Assembly (NCBI GenBank): GCA_049281855.1
Contig: JBAPSY010000170.1
Span: 1,151 to 65,150 of the forward strand
Reading direction: 5' to 3'
Origin: Anaerolineales bacterium
GTDB lineage: Bacteria; Chloroflexota; Anaerolineae; Anaerolineales; UBA4823
DNA: 64,000 nt
Every line of letters begins with the position of its first letter. Positions within the stretch are counted from its first letter, which is position 1. The notes beneath the pieces are model-generated. The model was given only the letters and a program-made list of their open reading frames with translations, was not told where the DNA came from and searched no databases. A program made the position numbers and the translations under genes. Positions 21,863 through 31,619 of the stretch are shown one piece after another.

Positions 21863-23094
21863 AGCTGTCTGAAGTGTTACGCATCGCTGGGGAAGGAATT
21901 GCCAGGAATAAGCTGCGCGCCTTACTGACCATGCTCGGCGTCATCATCGGTGTAGCCGCCGTGATCATTATGATCGCCATCAGTGCTGGGACGGAGGCAA
22001 CCATTTCAGAAAATATTAAAGACCTGGGCACCAACTTGCTCTTTGTGACTCAAAGTATGGGCGTACAGATGGTTTCACGGACAGCAGGTATGAATACAAC
22101 GTTCCTGAGTTATGATGATGCCAAAGCAATTGATAGCTCAATCACCGACATTTCCGGTGTGGTTGTGGAACGAGACATCACTGAGCTGGTTAAGTACGGG
22201 AGCACCTCTGTGGATGGTGTCTCAGTTGTAGGTACTACCCCTTCGTATCCTGAGGTTAGAGATGTTACCCAAGGATCCGGGCGGTTCATCACCCAAAAGG
22301 ATATCAATACTTCTGCCAAGGTAGTCGTGCTGGGTTACAGCACTGCACAGACCTTATTTGGGGATACGGACCCTGTGGGCGAAAAAATATATGTAGGTGA
22401 CGTCAGGTTAACCGTTGTGGGTGTAATGGCGAAGAAAGGCGTCGTGGGGAATACCGATTATGATGAGCGGGTATATATCCCACTCACACTGGTCTTTGAG
22501 AAGTTTACTTTTTCACCCTTTGCACGCGTCCAAGGTGATCAGGTAGGAACGATCCTGGTACAGGTGGCGAATCTGAATAACATGGATAAGATTATCACTC
22601 AAATCCAGATCTTGCTGGCTAAGCGCCACGAAACTACGGTGGATGAGCTACCTTTCACCGTCCGGACGCAGGAAGATATCATCGCCACCCAGGAATCCAC
22701 CACCGCAGCTTTCCGTTCACTGCTGGCGTGGGTGGCAGCTGTATCGCTCGTGGTCGGTGGGATTGGTATCATGAACATCATGCTGGTCAGCGTCACAGAG
22801 CGCACACGTGAGATTGGTATCCGTCAGGCGACGGGAGCCACTCCGGGTGATATCCGTGGTCAATTCCTGACCGAGGCACTGCTGCTAAGTTTGACCGGCG
22901 GGTTGATCGGCGTCATCGCGGGGGTGGGAGGATCGTGGCTCTTTTATAAAATTGGAGACATGCGCACCGTAGTTCCACCCAACTCGATTTTGCTTGCTTT
23001 TATATCCGCGGCGGTCGTAGGCATCTTCTTTGGTTTTTATCCGGCGAACAAAGCCGCACAGCTTGATCCCATCGAAGCTTTAAGACATGAATAA
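21859..23094 (+). CDS. ABC transporter permease (MacB-like periplasmic domain plus FtsX domain)
   Basis: 411 aa. It has an N-terminal TM, a ~250-aa extracytoplasmic domain and a C-terminal 3-TM FtsX-type domain. Confidence 0.88.
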   Translation: MKLSEVLRIAGEGIARNKLRALLTMLGVIIGVAAVIIMIAISAGTEATISENIKDLGTNLLFVTQSMGVQMVSRTAGMNTTFLSYDDAKAIDSSITDISGVVVERDITELVKYGSTSVDGVSVVGTTPSYPEVRDVTQGSGRFITQKDINTSAKVVVLGYSTAQTLFGDTDPVGEKIYVGDVRLTVVGVMAKKGVVGNTDYDERVYIPLTLVFEKFTFSPFARVQGDQVGTILVQVANLNNMDKIITQIQILLAKRHETTVDELPFTVRTQEDIIATQESTTAAFRSLLAWVAAVSLVVGGIGIMNIMLVSVTERTREIGIRQATGATPGDIRGQFLTEALLLSLTGGLIGVIAGVGGSWLFYKIGDMRTVVPPNSILLAFISAAVVGIFFGFYPANKAAQLDPIEALRHE

Positions 23095-23878
23095 CCGCAT
23101 GGAGAAGAAAATGAAGAAAAAGACTATCTTATTGTTAAATACAATGATTATCCTGGTTTTGGTATTAGCAGCTTGCAGCGGAAATTCCAACCAGACTGCT
23201 TCTACTGAAAATGCTACCGGAACTAGTGGAGCACAATCAGGCAGCAGCTTATCACAGGTAAATATGTTCGTGGTTGGTACGCTCAAGCTTGAAGATACTG
23301 ACTTGGCAGTCAACATTGATGAGGCAGCAACGCTCGTGACCCTGTGGCAGGCTTACCGTTCGCTGAGTACCAGCCAGACGGCGGCTGAAGCCGAAGTAGC
23401 GGCTTTGCTCAATCAGATCCAAAGCACAATGACCCCCGATCAAATTCAGGCTATCGAGGCAATGAATCTCACATCTACAGATTTGATGGACCTGATGCAA
23501 TCGATGGGAAGTGGGATGGTGGGTCGCGGGACGCCCAACCCTCAAAGCACACCCGGCTTTGACAATTCCGGTGGTGGGTTTCCATCAGGTAGCCCTCCAG
23601 ATGGATCACAAGGCGTTCCACCGAGTGTATCATCGGGTGGTACGACGAGAAACTTTCCATCTGGAGGTGCTATGCCTGGCGATGATGGAGGAGTTGTTAT
23701 TTCCGGGGGTGACGCAGGTAGTGCAGCTGGATTGGGTGGAGGACCCATGCTACAAGGTACCCAAGACCCATCCATGCAAGCTACTGCTCAAGCCAGGTTC
23801 AGCACTCAAGCCAGCCAGGTCAATTCCATTCTTTTAGATGTTTTGATCACCAAATTGGAAGCAAAAACGCTGAATTAA
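23087..23878 (+). CDS. Hypothetical lipoprotein with a Gly/Ser/Pro-rich low-complexity C-terminal half
   Basis: 263 aa. It has a lipobox (VLAACSGN), an MTPDQIQAIEAM segment (LTXXQ-like) and then a GGGFPSGSPPDGSQG...GGDAGSAAGLGGGP region. It overlaps the permease stop by 8 nt. Confidence 0.6.
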   Translation: MNNRMEKKMKKKTILLLNTMIILVLVLAACSGNSNQTASTENATGTSGAQSGSSLSQVNMFVVGTLKLEDTDLAVNIDEAATLVTLWQAYRSLSTSQTAAEAEVAALLNQIQSTMTPDQIQAIEAMNLTSTDLMDLMQSMGSGMVGRGTPNPQSTPGFDNSGGGFPSGSPPDGSQGVPPSVSSGGTTRNFPSGGAMPGDDGGVVISGGDAGSAAGLGGGPMLQGTQDPSMQATAQARFSTQASQVNSILLDVLITKLEAKTLN

Positions 23879-23906
23879 CAAAACAGGGCACCGTTTTGGC
23901 GCCCTG
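23876..23906. terminator. Bidirectional terminator between convergent genes
   Basis: CAGGGCACC-GTTTT-GGCGCCCTG hairpin. On the minus strand it is followed by TTTTGTT, so it can serve nrdJ. On the plus strand it follows the lipoprotein gene. Confidence 0.65.
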
Positions 23907-23925
23907 TGCTATTTACGTTATTAAA

Positions 23926-26547
23926 TTAACACTCAGAATACCCGCACGCGTAGCATTTACGGCAGCCTTCTTCATTAACAACTGCTGCTTGACCACAATC
24001 CGGACATAGATCGCCAATCTGGAAGGCTGGTTGTGCCGCCGAATGTGTTTGTTCCGGGATATCTGATGGACGAATTGGGTATTTCCCGTAACCACCATTC
24101 CCACCGTTGGCGGCAGCTTCTTGATATTCCTCCGAATCTTCAAGATATTCCGCCAGGGTTTGGGCTACCCCGTCCGGGAGCGAACGCACCCGGTTGGGAC
24201 CAAAGCCTAATGATCTCCCACCCCCTATACCAGAGAGCTGCTTGACAATCTCCTTAAGCCGCTCGCGCGGCATGATTGGAGAGGCAATGCGCAGCAGGTA
24301 TGAGATTAACCGTCCAATGGCCTCAGAGACTGCAGCAGTTTCTGAGCCAGCTTTGGCCGTGCTGACAAATACCTCAAATGGATGATCGCCGCCATTCTCA
24401 TTGACTGTCACGAAAGCTTTTCCTACCGGAGTGCTGATGCTATACGTGTAGCCTCTCAAGCGTCGCGGGCGAGGCTTTTTCGATACTGACCAAACGTGTT
24501 CCTCTTCAGCAGAGATGATGGCTTTCTTGTCTTCTTGAATTTGTTCGCCTTGAAGGTTAAATTCTCTTTCTCGTGAGGTGGCTTTCGTCTCCAGGACGAC
24601 CTTCTGCCGGGACCCAGTCACATAAACTGTAATCCCTTTACATGCCAACTTCCAGGCCAACAAGTATGCAGTGGCAACATCCTCTTCGGTGGCATTGGGC
24701 GGGAAGTTCACCGTCTTGCTGAGACTGTTATCCACAAAAGCCTGCATGGCTGCCTGCATGCGTACATGTTCCTCGGCACTGATATCCTGCGAAACGACAA
24801 ACACATGTTGGATCTGCTCGGGGACTGCTTCGTTCCCCTGGCAGGTGCCGCTCTCCATCACCTGTTCAACGATCGACTGGCGCGTATGCTCGTCGATCCC
24901 TCCGTCTAACAACGCATTTTCAAATTGGGGGCTGGTATAGGTCAGTGGCAGGTCATGCCCGTTATCGTTTACGTGGCGGATATAAGCCAGGGCAAACACC
25001 GGCTCACAACCGTATCCTTCACATCCAGCAACAGTGGCGATGGTGCCTGTGGGCGCTATGGTGGTTTGGGCAGCATTGCGAATGCCATGGGTCTTGATCC
25101 CCTGAACGACATTTTCCCAGTCCACTGCAGGTCGATTGAAATCACGACTGAATGGTGTGATTGGCTTGGGAGGTACCCAACCTATCTGTTCAGGGTCATA
25201 GATAGAACCCTTGATGGATGGGAAAGCCCCTCGTTTTCCAGCCAACTCGATGCTGGTAAGCATGGCATGATACCGGATGAATTCCATCACCTGCGCCGCA
25301 AATTCCTGCCCTTCTTCTGAGCCATAACGGATGCCGCAGTGATACATCAAATCGCCCAGGCCCATCATCCCCAACCCTATCCGGCGAGCCTGATCAGCGG
25401 CTTTTTTGAGCTGAGGCACCGCTGGGACGTATGCATTGGCTTGAATGACATCATCCAAAAAAATAGTGGCGGTTTCCACTGCGACACGCAGCTTCTCCCA
25501 ATCCACCTGATGGATTGCACCAAGCATTTCCGCCAGGTTCACTGAACCCAGACAGCAGTTTTCATATGGACCCAACCATTGCTCCCCGCAAGGATTGGTT
25601 GCTTCAAGCTGGTATAAATGAGGAACAGGATTGGAACGATTTGCAGTGTCCAAAAACAGCATGCCGGGTTCCCCGTTGTGGTGGGCTTGCTTAACGATTT
25701 TATCGAATAAATCGCGTGCTCTGACTTGCCGGTAGGTGATGATGGGGATACCGGCTTTCTCGGCCATCTCCAACGTCCCGTGAAATTCATGGTATGCAGG
25801 GCTGGCAACATCCGGAAAGCGCAGATCCCACATTCCATCGTTTTCCACGGCATGTATAAAAGCATCGGTGATCCCTACTGAGATATTAAAGTTGGTGATG
25901 GCATTTTCATCCGTCTTGCAATTGATGAAATCTTCGATATCGGGGTGATCGACGCGTAATACAGCCATATTCGCACCACGGCGTGTACCACCCTGAGCAA
26001 TCTCGCCAAATGCCTTATCATATACTCGTAAGAAACCAACCGGACCAGTCGCCTGCCCAGCAGATGCTTTAACCAGCGTATTTTTTGGTCTTAGCCGGGA
26101 GAAGGAAAATCCATTCCCTCCACCAGTCTGCTGGATCAAAGCTGCATCGCGCAAGGTTTGAAATATCCCAGCCTCATGTCGTCCCATATCATCCGAAACT
26201 GGCAGCACAAAACAGGCTGCCAGCTGACCCAAGGGAGTTCCTGCGCCGGTAAATGTGGGAGAGTTGGGAAAGAATTGTTTGCTGGTGAGTAGCATGTAGA
26301 ATTGACCTGCACGGTCCATCTCATTCCCGTTCCAGATCTGCTCGACTTTAGCTACATGATAAGCTACCCGCCAAAACATTCCTTCGATACTTTCGGCAGG
26401 TTTACCTTCACGATCACGCCTGACATAACGCCGAATGAGTACCTGACGCGCGTTATCTGTTAGATGAATCTCCGATAATCCAGCAGGTATCTCAGGGGTC
26501 GGGATCAAACCATACCGGTCAATTCGTTCGTATGAAGTCTGTACCAT
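23926..26547 (-). CDS. nrdJ: Adenosylcobalamin-dependent (class II) ribonucleotide reductase
   Basis: ORF 23926..26565 starts at GTG. I prefer ATG 26547, which has GGAGAG upstream. The active-site region is [20 protein letters not shown]. The C-terminal Cys-rich Zn ribbon CPDCG...CRKCYACG is known from many class II RNRs. Confidence 0.92.
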   Translation of the reverse strand: MVQTSYERIDRYGLIPTPEIPAGLSEIHLTDNARQVLIRRYVRRDREGKPAESIEGMFWRVAYHVAKVEQIWNGNEMDRAGQFYMLLTSKQFFPNSPTFTGAGTPLGQLAACFVLPVSDDMGRHEAGIFQTLRDAALIQQTGGGNGFSFSRLRPKNTLVKASAGQATGPVGFLRVYDKAFGEIAQGGTRRGANMAVLRVDHPDIEDFINCKTDENAITNFNISVGITDAFIHAVENDGMWDLRFPDVASPAYHEFHGTLEMAEKAGIPIITYRQVRARDLFDKIVKQAHHNGEPGMLFLDTANRSNPVPHLYQLEATNPCGEQWLGPYENCCLGSVNLAEMLGAIHQVDWEKLRVAVETATIFLDDVIQANAYVPAVPQLKKAADQARRIGLGMMGLGDLMYHCGIRYGSEEGQEFAAQVMEFIRYHAMLTSIELAGKRGAFPSIKGSIYDPEQIGWVPPKPITPFSRDFNRPAVDWENVVQGIKTHGIRNAAQTTIAPTGTIATVAGCEGYGCEPVFALAYIRHVNDNGHDLPLTYTSPQFENALLDGGIDEHTRQSIVEQVMESGTCQGNEAVPEQIQHVFVVSQDISAEEHVRMQAAMQAFVDNSLSKTVNFPPNATEEDVATAYLLAWKLACKGITVYVTGSRQKVVLETKATSREREFNLQGEQIQEDKKAIISAEEEHVWSVSKKPRPRRLRGYTYSISTPVGKAFVTVNENGGDHPFEVFVSTAKAGSETAAVSEAIGRLISYLLRIASPIMPRERLKEIVKQLSGIGGGRSLGFGPNRVRSLPDGVAQTLAEYLEDSEEYQEAAANGGNGGYGKYPIRPSDIPEQTHSAAQPAFQIGDLCPDCGQAAVVNEEGCRKCYACGYSEC

Positions 26548-26576
26548 AATAGCTCTCCAAACCACCTTAATAATTC

Positions 26577-27026
26577 TCAGCCTTCCAATAAATGGTCGAT
26601 CTCATTGCGGATGGAGCGTAAATCATCCAAACCAAGATAAACAATGGCATAACGAATGTAGGCAATCTGGTCCATTTCCTTTAGACCTGCGATGACCATA
26701 TCACCAACCACCCGGGAGGAAACTTCCGCACGCCCCATAGCTTGGAGTGTAGCTTCAATCTCCCCCACCAGCCGATCAACATCAGCTGCAGGGACGGGAC
26801 GCTTAGCACATGCGATGCGTATACCCCGGCTTAGTTTCTCATGATCGAACTCTTCGCGCGTTCCATCCTGTTTTACGATCAGCGGTGTTGCCAGGATAGG
26901 ACGCTCATAAGTACTAAAACGTTGACCGCAATTCTCACATTCCCTGCGGCGTCTTACTCCGCCACGTGTATCGTGTGAAGTGTCAATTACCCTAGATTCA
27001 TCATGTCTGCAATAAGGACAGCGCAT
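26577..27026 (-). CDS. nrdR: Transcriptional repressor NrdR
   Basis: 149 aa. It has a Zn ribbon (MRCPYCRH...[12 protein letters not shown]) and an ATP-cone domain. Confidence 0.95.
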   Translation of the reverse strand: MRCPYCRHDESRVIDTSHDTRGGVRRRRECENCGQRFSTYERPILATPLIVKQDGTREEFDHEKLSRGIRIACAKRPVPAADVDRLVGEIEATLQAMGRAEVSSRVVGDMVIAGLKEMDQIAYIRYAIVYLGLDDLRSIRNEIDHLLEG

Positions 27027-27035
27027 ATGTTTTAC

Positions 27036-27647
27036 CTATGTTTCTAGAACATTTGTAATCGCTATAGAAGGGGGTTCCACATCCCTATACCCGCACAGGT
27101 GGGAGTGGAAGTGCTCAAATTTTAGCACAGGGTTCTTCACTATGCAAGAGAAATATGAGCGATTATTCTTAAAATATTCACAATGATTCAAATCTTTAAG
27201 ATTGGTAGATATTTGATGGTTGTTAAATGTAGAGTACATTCGAAGTGGCAAAAAAACTCCCCCATTTTTCTGATTTTCTGAGATAAAACAAATCCTCCCG
27301 TTATCCATCTGTGTAGGGTTCCTATGCTTCCCACCAACCCACTTAGTGGCACAAATTGATGCAGTGGGCCGGTGGGGATTGCCGGGAGGAGGAGGCCAGC
27401 AATCCCCTACCAAGCTTACAACCTCACCCAAACGACCACGTTCAACCCCAAAACCGGATAAATGCAGGGTGAAGTAACAACACTTTCGGGATCTGCTCTG
27501 ACACAGGTGTAGATACGTCTCCATCCCGAAACGATAAGGATATCTTGCCAGGCACCCGTCTGAATTTCGGACAGATACCCGTAGATTTTCCGGGAGTTTC
27601 CGGCGCAGCGCCCCCCTGGCGATATCGCCGGGAGCTGCGCGTGGCAT
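27036..27647 (-). other. Unassigned ftsZ-nrdR spacer. It contains a stop-free 203-codon frame whose 5' two-thirds is also a GC-rich, densely stem-looped stretch (candidate structured RNA).
   Basis: The ORF 27036..27647 has an ATG preceded by AGGAAAGGGA and ends 9 nt before nrdR. Its translation is Cys/His/Arg/Asn-rich and matches no family I know. Strong stems lie at 27603-27640, 27484-27531 and 27374-27407. Confidence 0.3.
27119..27147 (-). promoter_or_regulatory. Candidate sigma-70-type promoter for nrdR-nrdJ
   Basis: The minus strand reads TTGCAT, a 17-nt spacer, then TAAAAT, about 90 nt upstream of the nrdR ATG. A weak NrdR-box half-site (GCATAGTG) overlaps the -35. Confidence 0.35.
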
Positions 27648-27685
27648 GCTGATCCCTTTCCTAAACCAGACTGCGCAAACCTAGA

Positions 27686-28840
27686 CTAATTATGAATGCG
27701 GTTTCGCAGGAAGGTTGGGATATCCAAGTCCTCAGTATTGAATGTGCGCGGTGTAAAGTCGGTCTTGGCAACCTCGACGGACTGCAGCTCACGCGCCGCC
27801 TCATCCTGGATCATGGTTGGCTTTTCCTGACGCAACGAGTTTTTCTGTGGCTCAGCTGTCCGACGGACTGCCATACCTGTGCGTTCAAAACCCGTCGCGA
27901 TCACCGTCACGCGCACTTCATCGCCCATGTTCTGGTCAATCACTGCACCGAAGATCAAATTAACATCCGGATGCGCAGTTTCCTTAATTATTGCAGCCGC
28001 CTGATTGACCTCGAACAAGGTCAGGTCGGGTCCACCGGTGACGTTGAACAGGATGCCGCGTGCACCATCGATAGTGATATCCAGCAACTGGCTGGAAATA
28101 GCTTGCTCAGCTGCCATTTTTGCGCGATCATCCCCGCGCCCAGTGCCCACTGCCATAAGCGCTGCACCGCCTTCAGACATGATCGTCCGTACATCTGCAA
28201 AGTCCAGGTTGATCAGTCCAGGGACGGTGATCAGCTCTGAAATACCCTGTACACCCTGGCGAAGTACATCATCGGCGACCCTGAATGCATCCTGTAGATT
28301 GGCATGTTTATCGACGATTTGAAGCAAGCGGTCATTGGGGATGACGATCAATGTATCGGCTTGCTCCTTCAATTTTTCGATGCCTGCTTCTGCAACCTGG
28401 ATGCGTTTTGAGCCTTCAAATGCAAATGGACGGGTGACCACACCAATGGTAAGGGCACCAAGCTCGCGTCCGATCTGTGCAATCATGGAGGCAGCTCCGG
28501 TACCGGTACCACCACCCATTCCACCGGTGACGAAGACCATATCCGCCCCGCGCAGCACGTTGTAAAGGGCTTCCTGTGATTCTTCGGCAGCCTTGCGCCC
28601 TTGCTCCGGGTTTCCACCGGAACCCAGGCCTCGGGTAAGCTTTTCGCCTATACGCACCCGCGTTGGGGCGCTGGAAAGCATCAGTGCCTGGGCATCTGTG
28701 TTTATGGCAATGAATTCAACACCCTGAAGACCTTCTTTGATCATCCTCTCAACGGCGTTGCATCCACCACCTCCCACGCCCACTACTTTGATGTGGGCAA
28801 AGGATTCCAACTGGCTCGAGAAATTCATATTTTGGTTCAT
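27686..28840 (-). CDS. ftsZ: Cell division GTPase FtsZ
   Basis: 384 aa. The tubulin signature is [25 protein letters not shown] lies upstream. Confidence 0.97.
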   Translation of the reverse strand: MNQNMNFSSQLESFAHIKVVGVGGGGCNAVERMIKEGLQGVEFIAINTDAQALMLSSAPTRVRIGEKLTRGLGSGGNPEQGRKAAEESQEALYNVLRGADMVFVTGGMGGGTGTGAASMIAQIGRELGALTIGVVTRPFAFEGSKRIQVAEAGIEKLKEQADTLIVIPNDRLLQIVDKHANLQDAFRVADDVLRQGVQGISELITVPGLINLDFADVRTIMSEGGAALMAVGTGRGDDRAKMAAEQAISSQLLDITIDGARGILFNVTGGPDLTLFEVNQAAAIIKETAHPDVNLIFGAVIDQNMGDEVRVTVIATGFERTGMAVRRTAEPQKNSLRQEKPTMIQDEAARELQSVEVAKTDFTPRTFNTEDLDIPTFLRNRIHN

Positions 28841-28949
28841 GATTACGGTCCTCCTCCTAAATATATGTGAAATGAATTGGTATTTCGCTGGTTCGCTCTA
28901 TTAGCGATCCCAAATTATTGCAAGTGTAAGGTATGGAAAGAGTATTCAC

Positions 28950-30197
28950 TTATGGCAGTAACCTCCTTAGAAAATTCTTAACCGATTCCCACTCAATTCC
29001 GCCGGTCGCTGTTCCGATACGAATCCCCTGGCGGGTAGGCTGCACGTAAATATCAGTCATTAACAATGCCCACTTGAGCAAGCCAACACTGGTCGAATAA
29101 GCTGGTGAATCCAGTTTGTCAGACATACCGATCAAATCTTCGGGCATGGCAATGCGGACCGGGAGATTAAGAGTCTGGCTGGCTAACGACCGAATACCTG
29201 GCAGAATACTGGATCCTCCTGTGAGGACCATGCCTGCGGGAAGCAAACCATCATACCCTGAGCGTTTAATTTCCTGCAGGACCAGACTAAATATCTCCTC
29301 CACCCGGGCTTCGATAATATGGGCAAGCTCCTGGCGGTTGATCTCCACGGGCTGTTCCTCACCAAACGGCTTGATGCTAAATGATTCATTCAGATTGACT
29401 TCATCACGAACAGCATGCCCATGCTTTATTTTTATTTCCTCTGCCTGGGTGATAGGCAGGCGTAGCCCATGCGCAATATCGGATGTGATATGGTCCCCAC
29501 CGACCGCTAAAACATTGGTGTGCCAGACATCGCCGCCGATATAGATCGCCATATCAGTGGTACCACCACCCATATCACAAATCACCACACCCATCTCACG
29601 CTCGGTCTCAGTCAAGACAACTTCAGCCGAAGCCAGGGGGTTAAGCACGAACTGAGATACCTCCACGCCAGCTGCGCCGACACACTGCCGTAGATTTTCC
29701 ACCGAAGCTGCCGAAGCTGTGATGATATGGGTTTCAACCTCCAGGCGGTAGCCATGCATTCCTAAAGGCTTTCGTATTCCTTCCTGCCCGTCAATGCTAA
29801 ATCCACGTTGAATAATATGTATGATTTCACGGTTATGAGGAATATTGACCGCCTTGGCAGCATCAATTGCCCGGGCGATATCACCTTCATCAATCATTCG
29901 TCCTGCGACGCCCACCACACCCCGACTGTTGACGGATGAAACATGTGAGCCTGCCAGACTGACCAGGGCGGAATCAATCTCCAGCCCACAGGTTCGCTCT
30001 GCTTTTTCCACGGAACGCACCACAGCTTGTGATGCAGCAACCATATCCACCACCACACCCTTACGCACGCCTTGAGATGGTTCTACGCCTACTCCCAGGA
30101 TGCGTAATTGGCCTGGCGCTTCTTCACGACCAACCAGGGTGCATATCTTGGTCGTGCCTATATCAATTGCGACAATGATTAGTTCGTCCATAATCAC
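28950..30197 (-). CDS. ftsA: Cell division protein FtsA
   Basis: 415 aa with an actin-like ATPase fold (IVAIDIGTTKICTLVG, DMGGGTTDMAIY). Confidence 0.93.
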   Translation of the reverse strand: MIMDELIIVAIDIGTTKICTLVGREEAPGQLRILGVGVEPSQGVRKGVVVDMVAASQAVVRSVEKAERTCGLEIDSALVSLAGSHVSSVNSRGVVGVAGRMIDEGDIARAIDAAKAVNIPHNREIIHIIQRGFSIDGQEGIRKPLGMHGYRLEVETHIITASAASVENLRQCVGAAGVEVSQFVLNPLASAEVVLTETEREMGVVICDMGGGTTDMAIYIGGDVWHTNVLAVGGDHITSDIAHGLRLPITQAEEIKIKHGHAVRDEVNLNESFSIKPFGEEQPVEINRQELAHIIEARVEEIFSLVLQEIKRSGYDGLLPAGMVLTGGSSILPGIRSLASQTLNLPVRIAMPEDLIGMSDKLDSPAYSTSVGLLKWALLMTDIYVQPTRQGIRIGTATGGIEWESVKNFLRRLLP

Positions 30198-30212
30198 TTC
30201 TTTGCGGCGAGA

Positions 30213-31616
30213 TCACCGCTCCATCCGATAATATGGTGCGTGGACATACTCCACGCTGATCAAAGCTGGTTGAATTCCTTCACTTTGTAAGCGGTCCACC
30301 AGTGCTTGATATACAACTAATTTCATTTCCATATCCTGGTCTTCTGCCCCAAAAAATACTTCCCAGCCATTGGGATCATTCCATCCCAACCCGTGCTCAC
30401 TGTCATACACCAGCAATGTATCTGCAGGCATCTTCGCACCAAGTGAAAGGATGGCTGAAACCAGCTCATGTGACAGCTTCAATGTAGGATTATTGGGACT
30501 GGAAGTAGATGCGACTGCTCCTGGCAGGATCTGCAGATTATCCGGTGAGGCTGCTGCAGCAGTGCTCGGTGGGGTGCCACGTCCTTCCACCCTGATCAGC
30601 GTAGTCGTTGGGTTACCCCTTGGTGGGAATGAAACACCTTCTGCATCCACCCAGGCCTCAACCCCATCCTGAACCCAAGAAATGACCGGCTCACGTTCAG
30701 TGACCACCACTTTCACACTTGCGGGTAGATTGACCCTGACGGAAATTTTGGATAACTCAGGGAATGCCTGGTATAGTATCTTATCCAACGAGGTAGGATT
30801 GATGGTGAATACCGACTTTCCAAACGTTCCCATTACCGCATTCAGATCACCCACCGTCAAGCGCTGCAATCCTTTTGCTTCCACTGTATTGATTTGGAAA
30901 ACAGGTGCTTTCCAGATGAGAAACAAGCTGGCGGACATCATTAAGACCATCATGAGAGAGACCGCCCTCCAGCCCAGGTGAAGGAAAGGAAGCGATGGCA
31001 GACGAAGCTCAGCCCCAGGGACGTTCAGGGGAACATCGATACGACGCCTGGGCGATCTTTGCTTATGTAATCGCGACGAGGCTGACCGACCAAAGGCCAT
31101 CCCACCCATCCCTCCGCGCACCATAACGGGTGGAGCAGCATCTGAGTGGGCATCATATACCCTGCGGCTCTTTCGAGGGAGGTAATCACGCCCGGTATGG
31201 GTAATACGCTGAGTTTCCGTGCGTGGTGTAGCCTCATAAAGATTATCACTCCGCCGTGATTCTGCTTTGCGGTGGGGATTACGAGGAGCTGATACCTTGC
31301 TTACGAATAATGTTTTTCGTGAGGATTGCTCAGGCGTAGATATGTGGGAATCAAGCCCTAATTTAGAGCTGAGCATTCCCTGGATCGAAGGCATTGAAAC
31401 GGTTGACATCTTGATCTGGGCAGCGACCAGTCGCTCCCTGATGGATGGTCCACTCCTGCTTGAGGCACGCGACCGTACAGCTTTACGCTTGTTTGTAACT
31501 ATCTCAGCTTGGGTGGAGGTCCCTGATCCATGCTCGCGCTTTATTTTCCTCTTGCGGGCTCTGCCAAGATCTGATGTTGATCTCTGTCGATTTAAATCAC
31601 GCTCAAACTCTGTCAT
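30213..31616 (-). CDS. ftsQ: FtsQ/DivIB-type cell division protein with a long basic N-terminal extension
   Basis: 467 aa. A ~210-aa Arg/Lys/Ser-rich cytoplasmic region is followed by a TM (AVSLMMVLMMSASLFLIW) and a POTRA-like segment (FQINTVEAKGLQRLTVGDL). It sits at the dcw position between ddl and ftsA. Confidence 0.75.
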   Translation of the reverse strand: MTEFERDLNRQRSTSDLGRARKRKIKREHGSGTSTQAEIVTNKRKAVRSRASSRSGPSIRERLVAAQIKMSTVSMPSIQGMLSSKLGLDSHISTPEQSSRKTLFVSKVSAPRNPHRKAESRRSDNLYEATPRTETQRITHTGRDYLPRKSRRVYDAHSDAAPPVMVRGGMGGMAFGRSASSRLHKQRSPRRRIDVPLNVPGAELRLPSLPFLHLGWRAVSLMMVLMMSASLFLIWKAPVFQINTVEAKGLQRLTVGDLNAVMGTFGKSVFTINPTSLDKILYQAFPELSKISVRVNLPASVKVVVTEREPVISWVQDGVEAWVDAEGVSFPPRGNPTTTLIRVEGRGTPPSTAAAASPDNLQILPGAVASTSSPNNPTLKLSHELVSAILSLGAKMPADTLLVYDSEHGLGWNDPNGWEVFFGAEDQDMEMKLVVYQALVDRLQSEGIQPALISVEYVHAPYYRMER

Positions 31617-31619
31617 ATG

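Noticed and set aside
27100-27200. NrdR boxes upstream of nrdR
   Set aside because: Only half-site-like matches are present (GCATAGTG, TTGTGAATA). I could not find two full 16-bp palindromic boxes with helical phasing, so no NrdR operator is claimed.
27692-28565. Plus-strand ORFs of 182, 105 and 76 aa
   Set aside because: They are antisense to ftsZ. Their Gly/Ala-rich codons produce open shadow frames.
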